From the NCBI GenBank assembly GCA_949295085.1, contig CASFJS010000004.1:13372-77371 (forward strand): a stretch of 64,000 nucleotides of DNA, given 5' to 3'. Source of the DNA: an uncultured Pseudomonadota bacterium. GTDB lineage: Bacteria > Pseudomonadota > Alphaproteobacteria > RF32 > CAG-239. Under the pieces are notes generated by a model. The model was not told the DNA's origin. It ran no database searches and saw nothing but the letters and a program-made list of their open reading frames with translations. A program made the translations under genes and the position numbers. Positions 21,593 through 31,805 of this stretch are shown here, piece by piece; the first letter of the stretch is position 1; each line of letters begins with the position of its first letter.

Positions 21593-23317
21593 ATGAAAAA
21601 GGTATTTTTATTTATTCTGGCATTGATGTTGATGGTGAAAACCGTTTGGGCGCAGAGCTTTGACGCCACCGTCAATCGCACAACCGTACCGGAGGGCGAA
21701 ACATTTGTTCTAACGCTGGACCTAAAAGATGTTGATACCTCGTCCACGCCGGATATCGGCGCCTTAAGCAAAGATTTTACGGTGCTGTCTGTATCCAACG
21801 GCTATCGCACCAATATTATCAACGGAGATGTCAGCAAATCGCGCCAGTGGAGTCTGGTTTTGATACCTGACCGAAGCGGCAGTTTGACCATTCCGTCGAT
21901 TGAGCTTGCCGGCTATCAAACGCAACCCATTACCTTAAATGTGATTCCGGCCGGTACGACCGATCAGCTGGTGCAGGGGCAGGCGGCCGATACACCGCGT
22001 TTCAAAATAAGCGGCGATATTGATAATTTTTCACCTTATGTTCAACAGCAGCTTAATTATCGGCTGACGATTTATGATGCCGGCGGTTTGCAGGGGGAGA
22101 CGCCGTTTTTTGTAACCGATAATGACGACTGGATAATCAAAAGTTTGGGTGAGCCGCAGGTCGAGACTAAAATTGTCAACGGTCAAACCTTGCGCGAAAT
22201 TACTTTTAACTATGCTTTATTTGCCCAAAGAAGCGGAGAACAGACTGTTCCGCCGGTGCGTTTTAACGGCTATTATTTGACTAAAGAAACCCGTACGGAT
22301 CCGTTTGCCCGTTTTTTTGATAATGATCCGTTTTTTGCCTCTTTCGGTATGAACGATGTTTTTGCCTCGCGCACGCCGGTTGTTTTAAACACCAAGCCGA
22401 TAAAAGTTAACGTCCGTCCGGCAAAGGTTGATACCGGTTGGTGGTTGCCGGCAGAAGAAGTTAAACTTTCGGCCGAATTTGCCGGTGACAAGCCGCAATT
22501 CAAATCCGGTGAGGCAATCAGCCGCACCATTTATCTGAAAGCGGTTGGTGTTTTGGATAATCAATTGCCGGAAATCAAGTTTGCCGCGGTTAACGGGGTT
22601 AAACAATATCCGGAAAAACCGCAAACCGATATGAAAGTTGAGAACGGCAAAGTTGTTTCTTATGCCCGCATGACCAATGTTTATATTCCGGAACAAGCCG
22701 GTGAAATCATTTTACCCGAAATAAGCGTCGACTGGTTTAACACCGCAACCGGTCAGGCCGAAACGGCAGTTATTCCGGCTTATCATACCGAGGTGATGGC
22801 AGGAATTCAGTCGTCGGCATCTGTTGCCGCAAAGCCGCGTCCGGAGCAGCAGCCGGTTTTGATGCCGGCCGCACCGAGCCGGACGGTCACGACAGTAGAG
22901 CAGGTTGATAACACGCAAATTATTTGGTATTTGCTGATAGCTTTTGTCGGCGGTATAATTCTGACATTGCTTGTATCAAAATTGATTACTTTCGCCGCGA
23001 CGCCGACAACCAATCATAAAAAAGCCGTTTTGGCGGCGGCCGAAACCAAAAATTTGCCCAAATTGCGTGATGAGCTTTTGGTTTGGGCGGCAGCGGAATT
23101 TCCGCGGCACAAAATTTCCAATTTACAAGATGTTGCCGATATTTTCCAAAATTCGGCCTTTAATAAGGAGCTTGACAGGCTGCGGGAGGCTTTGTATGCT
23201 GAAACGGCCAAAGATTGGGATGATAAAACTTTTATCGAAATTTTCAAAAAAATATCAAAACAAACCAGAAAACAACGGAGAAAAACCGATGAGCCGCTTC
23301 CAAAACTTTACAGGTAA
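21593..23317 (+). CDS. batD: BatD-like oxygen-tolerance protein
   Basis: 574 aa. Signal peptide, large periplasmic domain and a C-terminal TM helix. Last gene of the bat operon. Confidence 0.65.
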   Translation: MKKVFLFILALMLMVKTVWAQSFDATVNRTTVPEGETFVLTLDLKDVDTSSTPDIGALSKDFTVLSVSNGYRTNIINGDVSKSRQWSLVLIPDRSGSLTIPSIELAGYQTQPITLNVIPAGTTDQLVQGQAADTPRFKISGDIDNFSPYVQQQLNYRLTIYDAGGLQGETPFFVTDNDDWIIKSLGEPQVETKIVNGQTLREITFNYALFAQRSGEQTVPPVRFNGYYLTKETRTDPFARFFDNDPFFASFGMNDVFASRTPVVLNTKPIKVNVRPAKVDTGWWLPAEEVKLSAEFAGDKPQFKSGEAISRTIYLKAVGVLDNQLPEIKFAAVNGVKQYPEKPQTDMKVENGKVVSYARMTNVYIPEQAGEIILPEISVDWFNTATGQAETAVIPAYHTEVMAGIQSSASVAAKPRPEQQPVLMPAAPSRTVTTVEQVDNTQIIWYLLIAFVGGIILTLLVSKLITFAATPTTNHKKAVLAAAETKNLPKLRDELLVWAAAEFPRHKISNLQDVADIFQNSAFNKELDRLREALYAETAKDWDDKTFIEIFKKISKQTRKQRRKTDEPLPKLYR

Positions 23318-24194
23318 GATATATCTGCGCCCGATAGTCTATCCCGGGGATGATAAAATAACTTATTGCCTGCCGCAGGAAGAAGCTGATAAGGCCTTTG
23401 CCGCCGGTTTGCCGGAAATTGAATTGGAAGGCGTTGCGGCAAAGTCTTCCGCGCCGAAAATAGCCGTCATTCTGACCCGCGACCAACATCCGGATCGTCA
23501 ATTACCTGATTACTCTTTACCTTTGGCAACGGCGGAGGCTGTCACGCTTTCCGGCGGAAAAATATGTCCGGTAGGCTATGACAAGGTTGCCGGACAATTG
23601 GCGGCCATTCATCCGGATGGTGTTTTCCTGCCCGGCGGTGTGTTTGACGTACCGCTTGATTGGGAAGAAAACGAACCGGAACATCCGGTTGATTTGCGGC
23701 GTTTCAATGTGTACAGAGAAGTTATCGATTATGCCAAAGAACACAAATTACCCTTGCTGGCGGTTTGCGGCGGCATGCAGGTTTTGGCATGCTGTTTTGG
23801 CGCCAAGATTGGCCGCATTGAGGGACATCGTACAAATATCAAAGATTTTGCGCACAAAATGGAAATTAAACAAAACAGCTTGCTGCAAAAAATTACCGGA
23901 GCATCCGAGATGGAGGTCAACTCCTGGCACACCTGGGCGGTAAGCAAAGATAACATCGGCAATAACCTGGCTCATACATCTCCGGATGGCATTGTTGAGG
24001 CAATTGAACCGGTCAATCCATGGCATCCGTTTGTTTTGGGTATTCAGTCGCACCCCGAATATTTTGTAAAAAAAGGTTATGCCGCCGCGGATAAAATATT
24101 CAAAAGTTTTATCAAAGCAGCCGAAGAAAAAGCCCTTTCCAAACAAAAGTCAGCGTTTAGCATGTTAACGGAAAAGGGTATAAGTCGTGGGTGA
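23289..24194 (+). CDS. Class I glutamine amidotransferase-like hydrolase (peptidase C26 / gamma-glutamyl-GABA hydrolase family)
   Basis: Catalytic Cys motif LAVCGGMQ and His motif (IQSHPE). Start placed at MSRFQNF (ATG 23289), overlapping the end of batD. Confidence 0.65.
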   Translation: MSRFQNFTGKIYLRPIVYPGDDKITYCLPQEEADKAFAAGLPEIELEGVAAKSSAPKIAVILTRDQHPDRQLPDYSLPLATAEAVTLSGGKICPVGYDKVAGQLAAIHPDGVFLPGGVFDVPLDWEENEPEHPVDLRRFNVYREVIDYAKEHKLPLLAVCGGMQVLACCFGAKIGRIEGHRTNIKDFAHKMEIKQNSLLQKITGASEMEVNSWHTWAVSKDNIGNNLAHTSPDGIVEAIEPVNPWHPFVLGIQSHPEYFVKKGYAAADKIFKSFIKAAEEKALSKQKSAFSMLTEKGISRG

Positions 24195-24804
24195 AGACTT
24201 AATCGAGATAAAAACCGACACACACTTTGTGGTCGATTTAATGTATGCCGGCACCACGCACAATATGACCGGACAGCCGGTGTATCAGGAAATTGGACTG
24301 GGTAATCATGCTTATGTTCACAAAGATTTATGGTTTTGTTTGCAAAAATTGATACCTTATCTGGATAAAACCGGTCGTCGGCTCAAAATTTACGAGGCTT
24401 TTCGTCCGGTGGCAGCACATAAATTGTTGTTTGCGGCCATCCCGCAAGACGGCTTTTTTGTTCCCGAGGCAGAACGTTCGCCGCATTGCCGGGCTGCGGC
24501 GGTTGATGTGGCGTTGCTTGAGGCAGACGGTGTGGAGCTGGTTTATCCGACCAAAGTTGATGCTTATGATGAAAATTTTGCCAAAGAAGTCCAATCCGGG
24601 CATTTGGAAAGTTTTTTCAAATATCTGCAAAAAGCCACGCTTGACTATCAAGATGCCTCAATACCGGAAGCTATTCACAATCGTGACGAGTTATACCGTC
24701 TTATGCAGAGTATCGGTTTGGTTCCGGTGCCCCGGCGTCATGAATGGTGGCATTACGAGCTGCCGGCTGCCCGTACGGACAAATATCCGCTGATTGAATT
24801 TTAA
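24187..24804 (+). CDS. D-Ala-D-Ala dipeptidase (VanX/DdpX, peptidase M15D)
   Basis: VDLMYA..., SPHCRAAAVD and EWWHYE motifs. Likely GTG start. Confidence 0.7.
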   Translation: MGEDLIEIKTDTHFVVDLMYAGTTHNMTGQPVYQEIGLGNHAYVHKDLWFCLQKLIPYLDKTGRRLKIYEAFRPVAAHKLLFAAIPQDGFFVPEAERSPHCRAAAVDVALLEADGVELVYPTKVDAYDENFAKEVQSGHLESFFKYLQKATLDYQDASIPEAIHNRDELYRLMQSIGLVPVPRRHEWWHYELPAARTDKYPLIEF

Positions 24805-25430
24805 ATAACCCCCATTTTTTGAGCGCGAATAACGGCTTGTGTGCGGTTGGTCGCGCCAACGGCACGCAAAAGAGCATTAATATGCAGCTTGACGGTAGCT
24901 TCCGATACGTCCATTTGGTAAGCAATTTGCTTATTGGATAATCCTTGAGACAAATATTTTAAAACTTCAAATTGGCGGTTGGTCAGTTTTTTGCCGTTGG
25001 CAAGATTCATTTTATCGGCGGCCTGTTTAAGCAGCGCCGGCGGAAAATAAGTTGCACCGTTTAAGATCAGGCCGAGTGCCGAATTAAGCACTTTGGTATC
25101 AATGTCTTTCGGCAGATAACAACAAACGCCAAGATTAAGCGCTCGCTTAATGGCGTGAATATTTTCCGAAGATGAAATAATGCCGATTCTGATATCCGGC
25201 GCGTATTCCTTAATACTTTTTATGCTGTCTTCCCAGTCTGTCTTTGTCATATTAAGATCGGTCAACAATAAATCGGTATCAGGTTCTTTTTTCAAAAGCT
25301 CCAAGAGTTCCGCAAAAGAAGCGGCCTCCGATAAGGTTGCCTCGGGCAGTATTTTATCAAGGTTCAGTCTTAAGCCGTCTCGGTAGAGTGCATGGTCGTC
25401 CGCAATTATAATTTTCATTGTCGTCTCCAT
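24801..25430 (-). CDS. LuxR/NarL-family response regulator
   Basis: Receiver domain (IIIADDH...DLLLTDLNM) plus C-terminal LuxR-type HTH (LSNKQIAYQMDVSEATVKLH). Confidence 0.72.
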   Translation of the reverse strand: METTMKIIIADDHALYRDGLRLNLDKILPEATLSEAASFAELLELLKKEPDTDLLLTDLNMTKTDWEDSIKSIKEYAPDIRIGIISSSENIHAIKRALNLGVCCYLPKDIDTKVLNSALGLILNGATYFPPALLKQAADKMNLANGKKLTNRQFEVLKYLSQGLSNKQIAYQMDVSEATVKLHINALLRAVGATNRTQAVIRAQKMGVI

Positions 25431-25514
25431 AACTAAAATCTTCGGATTTTTGCGTCCAAACCGATTACCGAAAATATATGATCAAAAAGTCATATTTAAA
25501 GCTTTCTAATTTAT

Positions 25515-25970
25515 TTATTGCAAATAAAGACAATCCACGCCGGCCTCTTTAAGCATTTGTTCGGAATAAGCCACTTTATCGCGCCAGGTTCCGGCCGGCT
25601 GGCCTTCCTGAGGTTCAAACTTGTAGGTTACCACCATTTTGATGCCGGATTGGATGATTGCCCGCGCGCAGTCAGGGCAGGGCATGGAGGTCACATAAAT
25701 GATACAGCCTTTGAGCGAGGCACCGATAAGACAGGCATTATACACGGCATTACGCTCGGCATGCTCAAAGAAATCATATTTGGTCGGGCGCTCAAGCCTT
25801 TCGGGAATATCGTCGCTCACGCCGCGGACAATACCGTTGTAGCCGGTGGAGCGTATTTCGCGATCAGGTCCGACGACAATGGCGCCGACCTTGGTTGACG
25901 GATCCTTTGACCAACTGGCAACCAGCCTGGCCATTTCCATAAAACGATAGTGCCATTTATCCGAAAACAT
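25515..25970 (-). CDS. dCMP deaminase (ComEB-like)
   Basis: HAERNA...PCPDCA zinc-deaminase motifs. Start placed at MFSDKW (the ORF-track start lies further upstream). Confidence 0.7.
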   Translation of the reverse strand: MFSDKWHYRFMEMARLVASWSKDPSTKVGAIVVGPDREIRSTGYNGIVRGVSDDIPERLERPTKYDFFEHAERNAVYNACLIGASLKGCIIYVTSMPCPDCARAIIQSGIKMVVTYKFEPQEGQPAGTWRDKVAYSEQMLKEAGVDCLYLQ

Positions 25971-26042
25971 GTGCCTACTCCCCAAAATATGATTGACATT
26001 ATTATAAAAATGAAAGATTTTAGAGGCAACACTTTTTTGTAA

Positions 26043-27341
<1,299 letters not shown>

Positions 27342-27352
27342 GGCTTAAAGCC

Positions 27353-27402
27353 CGTAAAAAAAGGCCCCTTTTTGAACTGTCCAACTTTCCGGGGACAGTT
27401 CA
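27353..27402. repeat. Left boundary repeat of the AT-rich island (hairpin GAACTGTCC-N-GGACAGTTC preceded by CGTAAAAA..GCCCCT)
   Basis: About 50 bp. Its reverse complement recurs at 33320-33370 with the hairpin stem conserved. Confidence 0.7.
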
Positions 27403-27495
27403 TAAGGCCGGGGAGCTTTTAGCGTATGCAATAGGAATCCTCGGATTCTAAAGGCTAAAAGAATCATTTTGCGAAATGTGATTTACGAACTCTCC

Positions 27496-27526
27496 GACCA
27501 CCTTAGTGCTTAGGTGGTCTTTTTTT
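27496..27526 (+). terminator. Rho-independent terminator
   Basis: GACCACCTTAGTGCTTAGGTGGTC hairpin followed by TTTTTTT. Confidence 0.6.
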
Positions 27527-27985
27527 ATGGAGATTTATTATTTATGGGGAAAATATGCGCTTTTTTTCGGACATAGAAATGTCTATGGCAATATTGACCA
27601 AGAATTGGAAAAGCAAGTAGAAAAGCTCATAATTCAGGAAAATATTGATACGTTTTGGATCGGCGGTTATGGTGAATTTGATAAATTAGCTTCTCGAACA
27701 GTTAGAAAAATGCAGGAAAAATATCCTGTAATACGGTTAATATTGATTATTGCTTATGCAGGGCAACTCCACCGCTTCGGAGATGAATTTCCTTTTGATG
27801 GTTTTGATTATCCTCCTGAAGCTGAAAATGCACCACAAAAATTTGCCATCTCGGCCAGAAATCATTATATGGCTGAAAATTGCGATATGGTTATCTCTCA
27901 TATTGTACATGATTATGGCGGGGCCTATGACGCCGTTAGAACTGCTAAAAGTAAAGGTAAAATTATAATAAATTTAGTTAAATAA
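27527..27985 (+). CDS. YpsA-like DUF1273 protein (SLOG superfamily, predicted nucleotide/ADP-ribose binding)
   Basis: Motifs correspond to B. subtilis YpsA (FGHRN ~ TGYKP; WIGGYGEFDKLA ~ ILISGQLGVELWA; EKYPVIRLILIIAY ~ EEYPDLKVAVITPF). AT-rich. Confidence 0.5.
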   Translation: MEIYYLWGKYALFFGHRNVYGNIDQELEKQVEKLIIQENIDTFWIGGYGEFDKLASRTVRKMQEKYPVIRLILIIAYAGQLHRFGDEFPFDGFDYPPEAENAPQKFAISARNHYMAENCDMVISHIVHDYGGAYDAVRTAKSKGKIIINLVK

Positions 27986-28169
27986 ATATAAAATCTCTCC
28001 AAATAAGAAACTTAAAAAATATATACATTGACTTGCTATAAAAAATCGGCTTAGACTTTAATATAAAATAAATCAATATGGAAATTTTGACATTATAGTT
28101 TATTTTAATATTAGCTAATGGAGTTTTGAACGAGAAGCAAGTAAAAACTATTATAATTAGGAGTTGTCG

Positions 28170-29162
28170 ATGATTTATCCAAATAAATTAAAGCCCGGAT
28201 CTCATATTCGAGTTATTGCGCCATCAAGAAGTTTCAAAATTATTTCAGAAGAAACACGCGAAATTGCGAAAAAACGTTTTGCAGATATGGGAATTTCGGT
28301 AAGTTATTCCAAACATTGTGATGAAATTGACGATTTTGTTTCATCATCAATTGCTTCAAGACTTGAAGATTTGCATGAAGCGTTTGCGGATAAAAGCGTT
28401 GACGGTATTTTAACAGCTATTGGCGGGTTTAATACTAATCAGTTAATTGATAAAATTGATTATACTCTTATTAAAAACAATCCTAAAATTTTATGTGGAT
28501 TTTCAGATATTACTTGCCTTTGCCATGCCATAACAGCAAAGACAGATGTTGTAACCTATTCTGGTCCGCATTTTTCAAGTTTTGGAATGCTTTATGGTTT
28601 TGATTATACATTGGACTATTTTAAAAAGTGTCTAATTGAGAGCAAGCCTTATCAGGTTGTCCCGGCCAAAGAGTTTAGCAATGATGAATGGTTTATGGAT
28701 CAAGAGAAACGTAATTTTACACCCAATAGTGGCTTTTGGATCATTAACAAAGGAAAAGGGAGTGAATTTGAGGGAAAATTAGTTGGCGGGCATGTTCGTT
28801 GTCTGAGTTCATTGCAAGGTACAGAATTTTGGCCGTCTTTGGAAAATACTATTTTGTTTTTAGAAGAAGATGAGGAAACAAACGCCGTTTTATTCGATCG
28901 TTTGTTGCAATCGTTAATTCATCAAGCAGATTTTAAACATGTTAAGGCGTTAATTATTGGCCGTTTCAAACCAGAATCAAAAATTGACAGAAATTTGCTT
29001 GAACAAATCATTCATACCAAAGAAGCCTTGAAAGAGTTACCTGTAATTGCCAATTTTGATATTGGACACTCGACTCCGATTATTACCTATCCAATCGGGG
29101 GACGGATTTCTCTTAAAATGCGGGAAGACGAGTTGCCAGCTATTGAAATACTGGAGCATTAA
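28170..29162 (+). CDS. Peptidase S66 LD-carboxypeptidase / microcin C immunity MccF family
   Basis: GGFN...CGFSDIT (nucleophile Ser) with His/Glu downstream. About 331 aa. RBS AGGAG at 28159. AT-rich. Confidence 0.7.
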   Translation: MIYPNKLKPGSHIRVIAPSRSFKIISEETREIAKKRFADMGISVSYSKHCDEIDDFVSSSIASRLEDLHEAFADKSVDGILTAIGGFNTNQLIDKIDYTLIKNNPKILCGFSDITCLCHAITAKTDVVTYSGPHFSSFGMLYGFDYTLDYFKKCLIESKPYQVVPAKEFSNDEWFMDQEKRNFTPNSGFWIINKGKGSEFEGKLVGGHVRCLSSLQGTEFWPSLENTILFLEEDEETNAVLFDRLLQSLIHQADFKHVKALIIGRFKPESKIDRNLLEQIIHTKEALKELPVIANFDIGHSTPIITYPIGGRISLKMREDELPAIEILEH

Positions 29163-29165
29163 AAA

Positions 29166-29196
29166 AATAGCGGGAAGTTTACTTCCCGCTATTTTT
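29166..29196. terminator. Bidirectional terminator between convergent genes
   Basis: Perfect palindrome AATAGCGGGAAGT-TTAC-TTCCCGCTATT flanked by A and T runs. Confidence 0.65.
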
Positions 29197-30307
29197 ATCT
29201 TGATAATTTATTTTGTGTTAATGTAAAGATTATTGAATTGGAAGAGTTCTCTCCTGTTTGCTTTTGCTGGTTTTCTATAACTTCTGTATTTGATTTTTGA
29301 TTTTGAGATGTTGGACATATAAAATCCATAATTTTTTGAGTATACTCTCCTTTATTAGATCCGTACTCTAATAATTCGTATTGATGTAGTGTCTTTCTTA
29401 ACACCTCTTTGGGAAGATTGGTTTTATCGGCACATGCTTTCATTATCTCAAGATATTTTTTCATTAGACGATTGGTGTTGCCCTTATTAGACGGTTCCAA
29501 TCCATCATTATATAAAGCCATGCTCGTTACAATCGTGTCTTCCATTTTTACTCGGATATTAGGATTTTGAATGTATTTATCTAATCCTAATACGGGGTGG
29601 CAATCCATAACATGATTTAATCCATAAATCTGTTTTAGTACCGTAGAGCTTCCTAAGGCAATCTCTATTCCGAGCTGCTTATCCTGATTTTCTAAAATAA
29701 TAACATTTCCAATATCTGAAAACGTATCTTTTCCATAATCACGCAAAGCGAGATTAAAATTGCGTCCCCAAACACCATCAATACCAAGTTTATGACGATA
29801 ATATTTAGGCTGCATAGTGTCTATTTCAAACATTTCAGATTTAAACATACTATGAGCCAAATCCATCAAATCAGTATCTCTGGCACTAATACGAATTTTT
29901 ATGTCATTAGGATCAATATTCCATTGTTCTTGGATAAAGCTGTAAGTCTGTTTTGTAATATCTTCCAGCCGTTCCGGTTTAGTCAGTATTCCAAGACTTG
30001 GAAAATACGATCCCCAATTCGGATAAAAATCATCATTTTCATAATTTTTTAAATTTCGAGTACGAATACAGGGCTGCGACATAACATAACCGCCAGCAGG
30101 AATACTGTCATTCAAAAAATAAGGCTTTAAAACACTGATGTGCGAACCAATAAAACGAACAGATGGATCTATTCCGGACGATATTTTAACAGGGTCATGT
30201 TTTATACAAGAACGGTCCTGAAAATAGGTTAGAAAACCGTCAATCATATTTTGCATATGAAAATGACTTTCTTTCCTGTTGAAATCTGGCATATCTTTTA
30301 TTTTCAT
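29195..30307 (-). CDS. Standalone alanyl-tRNA synthetase-like class II aaRS catalytic-domain paralog
   Basis: 370 aa. Alignable to the AlaRS N-terminal catalytic core: FLTYFQD...SSGIDPSVRF ~ FLDFFHSKGH...SSSLVPHNDPTLLF; SQPCIRTRN ~ SQRCVRAGG; GIEIALGSSTVLKQIYGLNHVMD ~ [23 protein letters not shown]. No tRNA-binding or editing domains. Confidence 0.45.
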   Translation of the reverse strand: MKIKDMPDFNRKESHFHMQNMIDGFLTYFQDRSCIKHDPVKISSGIDPSVRFIGSHISVLKPYFLNDSIPAGGYVMSQPCIRTRNLKNYENDDFYPNWGSYFPSLGILTKPERLEDITKQTYSFIQEQWNIDPNDIKIRISARDTDLMDLAHSMFKSEMFEIDTMQPKYYRHKLGIDGVWGRNFNLALRDYGKDTFSDIGNVIILENQDKQLGIEIALGSSTVLKQIYGLNHVMDCHPVLGLDKYIQNPNIRVKMEDTIVTSMALYNDGLEPSNKGNTNRLMKKYLEIMKACADKTNLPKEVLRKTLHQYELLEYGSNKGEYTQKIMDFICPTSQNQKSNTEVIENQQKQTGENSSNSIIFTLTQNKLSR

Positions 30308-30317
30308 TTTTTTTATC

Positions 30318-31130
30318 CTATTTTTTACCGTAACCCGACTTAAACTGGGCCATTATTAAGACGTTATTATGATCATGCTGTTTGAACAGTTTAGCCATTT
30401 GGACAATTCTTGTTCCGTACTTTTGACGTCCTTCTGCTGTCATGCCAATTTTCCAATTCCATTCCGGTGTTTTGCACTGTTCACTTAAAGCTTCACGCAG
30501 GAATTGAGATGGGATTCTTGGTGTTACCAGCCTTTCCGGGAAGAATAGCTGCGTATTATCTGAACTTTTTAGATAAAAATAAGATTCAACCGAAGTACGA
30601 GCAGAATCTTCATATATGACGTTATCTTTGATAAAATCTACTAAATTACGATTCCCGGAATATTGAGTTTCAAATTCTGAAATATTCCGTGATGATCCGT
30701 CATAATCAAGCAACTGAACATTCTTTTGTTTGAAAAAGTTATCCATATCATCTGTATCACATTTAACATTTGGAATAAAATGTAAATGTGCATGAAATAT
30801 TGATTTAATATGTGGCGGCGTATTTAATTCTTCCGCCTTACTTGTTCCATGCTCAAACATAATAAAATTTTCTGATTTTGTTGTATTCTCCAAACGATCC
30901 AATATATAACCTACTTCTCGTCCTTGAGCGTCATTAAATTCTGCAAATGTGTTAATATGTTCTTTAGGGAGAATAATAATATGATTGGGAGCAATCGGAA
31001 ATTTATCTGGAATAACCTTAAAGCTCTTAGTTTCAAATAAAGTTACATTACTCTGTAATTCTGGATATTGCTCTTTGATATTTTGAAATTCATCTTTCAA
31101 ACCATCACATAAAACGCAATTTTTTATCAT
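30318..31130 (-). CDS. HIT-family hydrolase (histidine triad; possible phosphoramidase)
   Basis: HAHLHFIP histidine-triad motif and N-terminal CVLCDG. The HIT domain is followed by a C-terminal extension of about 150 aa. Confidence 0.7.
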   Translation of the reverse strand: MIKNCVLCDGLKDEFQNIKEQYPELQSNVTLFETKSFKVIPDKFPIAPNHIIILPKEHINTFAEFNDAQGREVGYILDRLENTTKSENFIMFEHGTSKAEELNTPPHIKSIFHAHLHFIPNVKCDTDDMDNFFKQKNVQLLDYDGSSRNISEFETQYSGNRNLVDFIKDNVIYEDSARTSVESYFYLKSSDNTQLFFPERLVTPRIPSQFLREALSEQCKTPEWNWKIGMTAEGRQKYGTRIVQMAKLFKQHDHNNVLIMAQFKSGYGKK

Positions 31131-31732
31131 AAACTCGCCCCTCCAATGGCGTTTTTTGAGAATTTCATATAATAACCATTTTGTTTTTTACGAACATGAT
31201 TAGCATGTTTTATAATTTGGAAAGCTGCCTCTGTTGCTGACAACTTAGTTACATCTAAGCGTAAAAGATTTGGATGTTCTATCTCTGGCAACCCCAAGTT
31301 CGCAATTTGCTGAACTACATCCGGATTTATTGTTTTTAAAAACTTTTTCCGAAAAGGGTTGGCGATTCTTTTCTTGTTCTCTTTTACATCACACAGTAAC
31401 ATTACAGGAACGAATAAAGCCTGCCGTGTATTGGCAAGCTTTTCAACTGGTTTATAATATGAATTTTCTTCCCCTAGGGAAATTACATTTGTAAATATAA
31501 AAGATTCACCTTTAGGACAAATTTCTCCCATGGCTTCAAGAACAATATTACGCACCTTTAGTCGATATTCTTCATGTTTGGGATGGGAATAATTTTTTGA
31601 TACTGAAAAAATCGCATTTGTATACGAATGATTGTCAACTAAAGTGAATGATTGTTTTTTCTGGATTTCCTTTGCAATGGTTTGCTTTCCCACGCCTGGA
31701 CCTCCGATTAAATAAATGATTGTATTCCTCAT
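31127..31732 (-). CDS. P-loop nucleotide/nucleoside kinase-like protein
   Basis: Walker A motif LIGGPGVGKQTIAKEI, about 200 aa, adenylate-kinase / shikimate-kinase-like size. ATGA overlap with the HIT gene. Confidence 0.55.
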   Translation of the reverse strand: MRNTIIYLIGGPGVGKQTIAKEIQKKQSFTLVDNHSYTNAIFSVSKNYSHPKHEEYRLKVRNIVLEAMGEICPKGESFIFTNVISLGEENSYYKPVEKLANTRQALFVPVMLLCDVKENKKRIANPFRKKFLKTINPDVVQQIANLGLPEIEHPNLLRLDVTKLSATEAAFQIIKHANHVRKKQNGYYMKFSKNAIGGASL

Positions 31733-31805
31733 TTTAACCTTTATGCAAAATTAACATTGCGGCAATCAATTGACTTAATTTTGACAAAATATTTAGGGAA
31801 ACAAC

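Noticed and set aside
23067-23288. N-terminal 74 aa of the ORF-track model for the GATase-like gene.
   Set aside because: It overlaps batD in another frame and lacks homology. Conserved GATase sequence begins near MSRFQNF (ATG 23289).
27506-27526. ORF-track start (27506) for the YpsA-like gene.
   Set aside because: That start codon lies inside the stem of the intrinsic terminator hairpin. The ATG at 27527, right after the T-run and preceded by AGGTGG, is more plausible.
28078-28098. Tiny ORF MEILTL between the YpsA-like and MccF-like genes, considered as a microcin C (MccA)-like heptapeptide.
   Set aside because: No RBS, it does not end in Asn/Asp as McC-type precursors do, and no MccB (E1/ThiF-like) adenylating enzyme is present.
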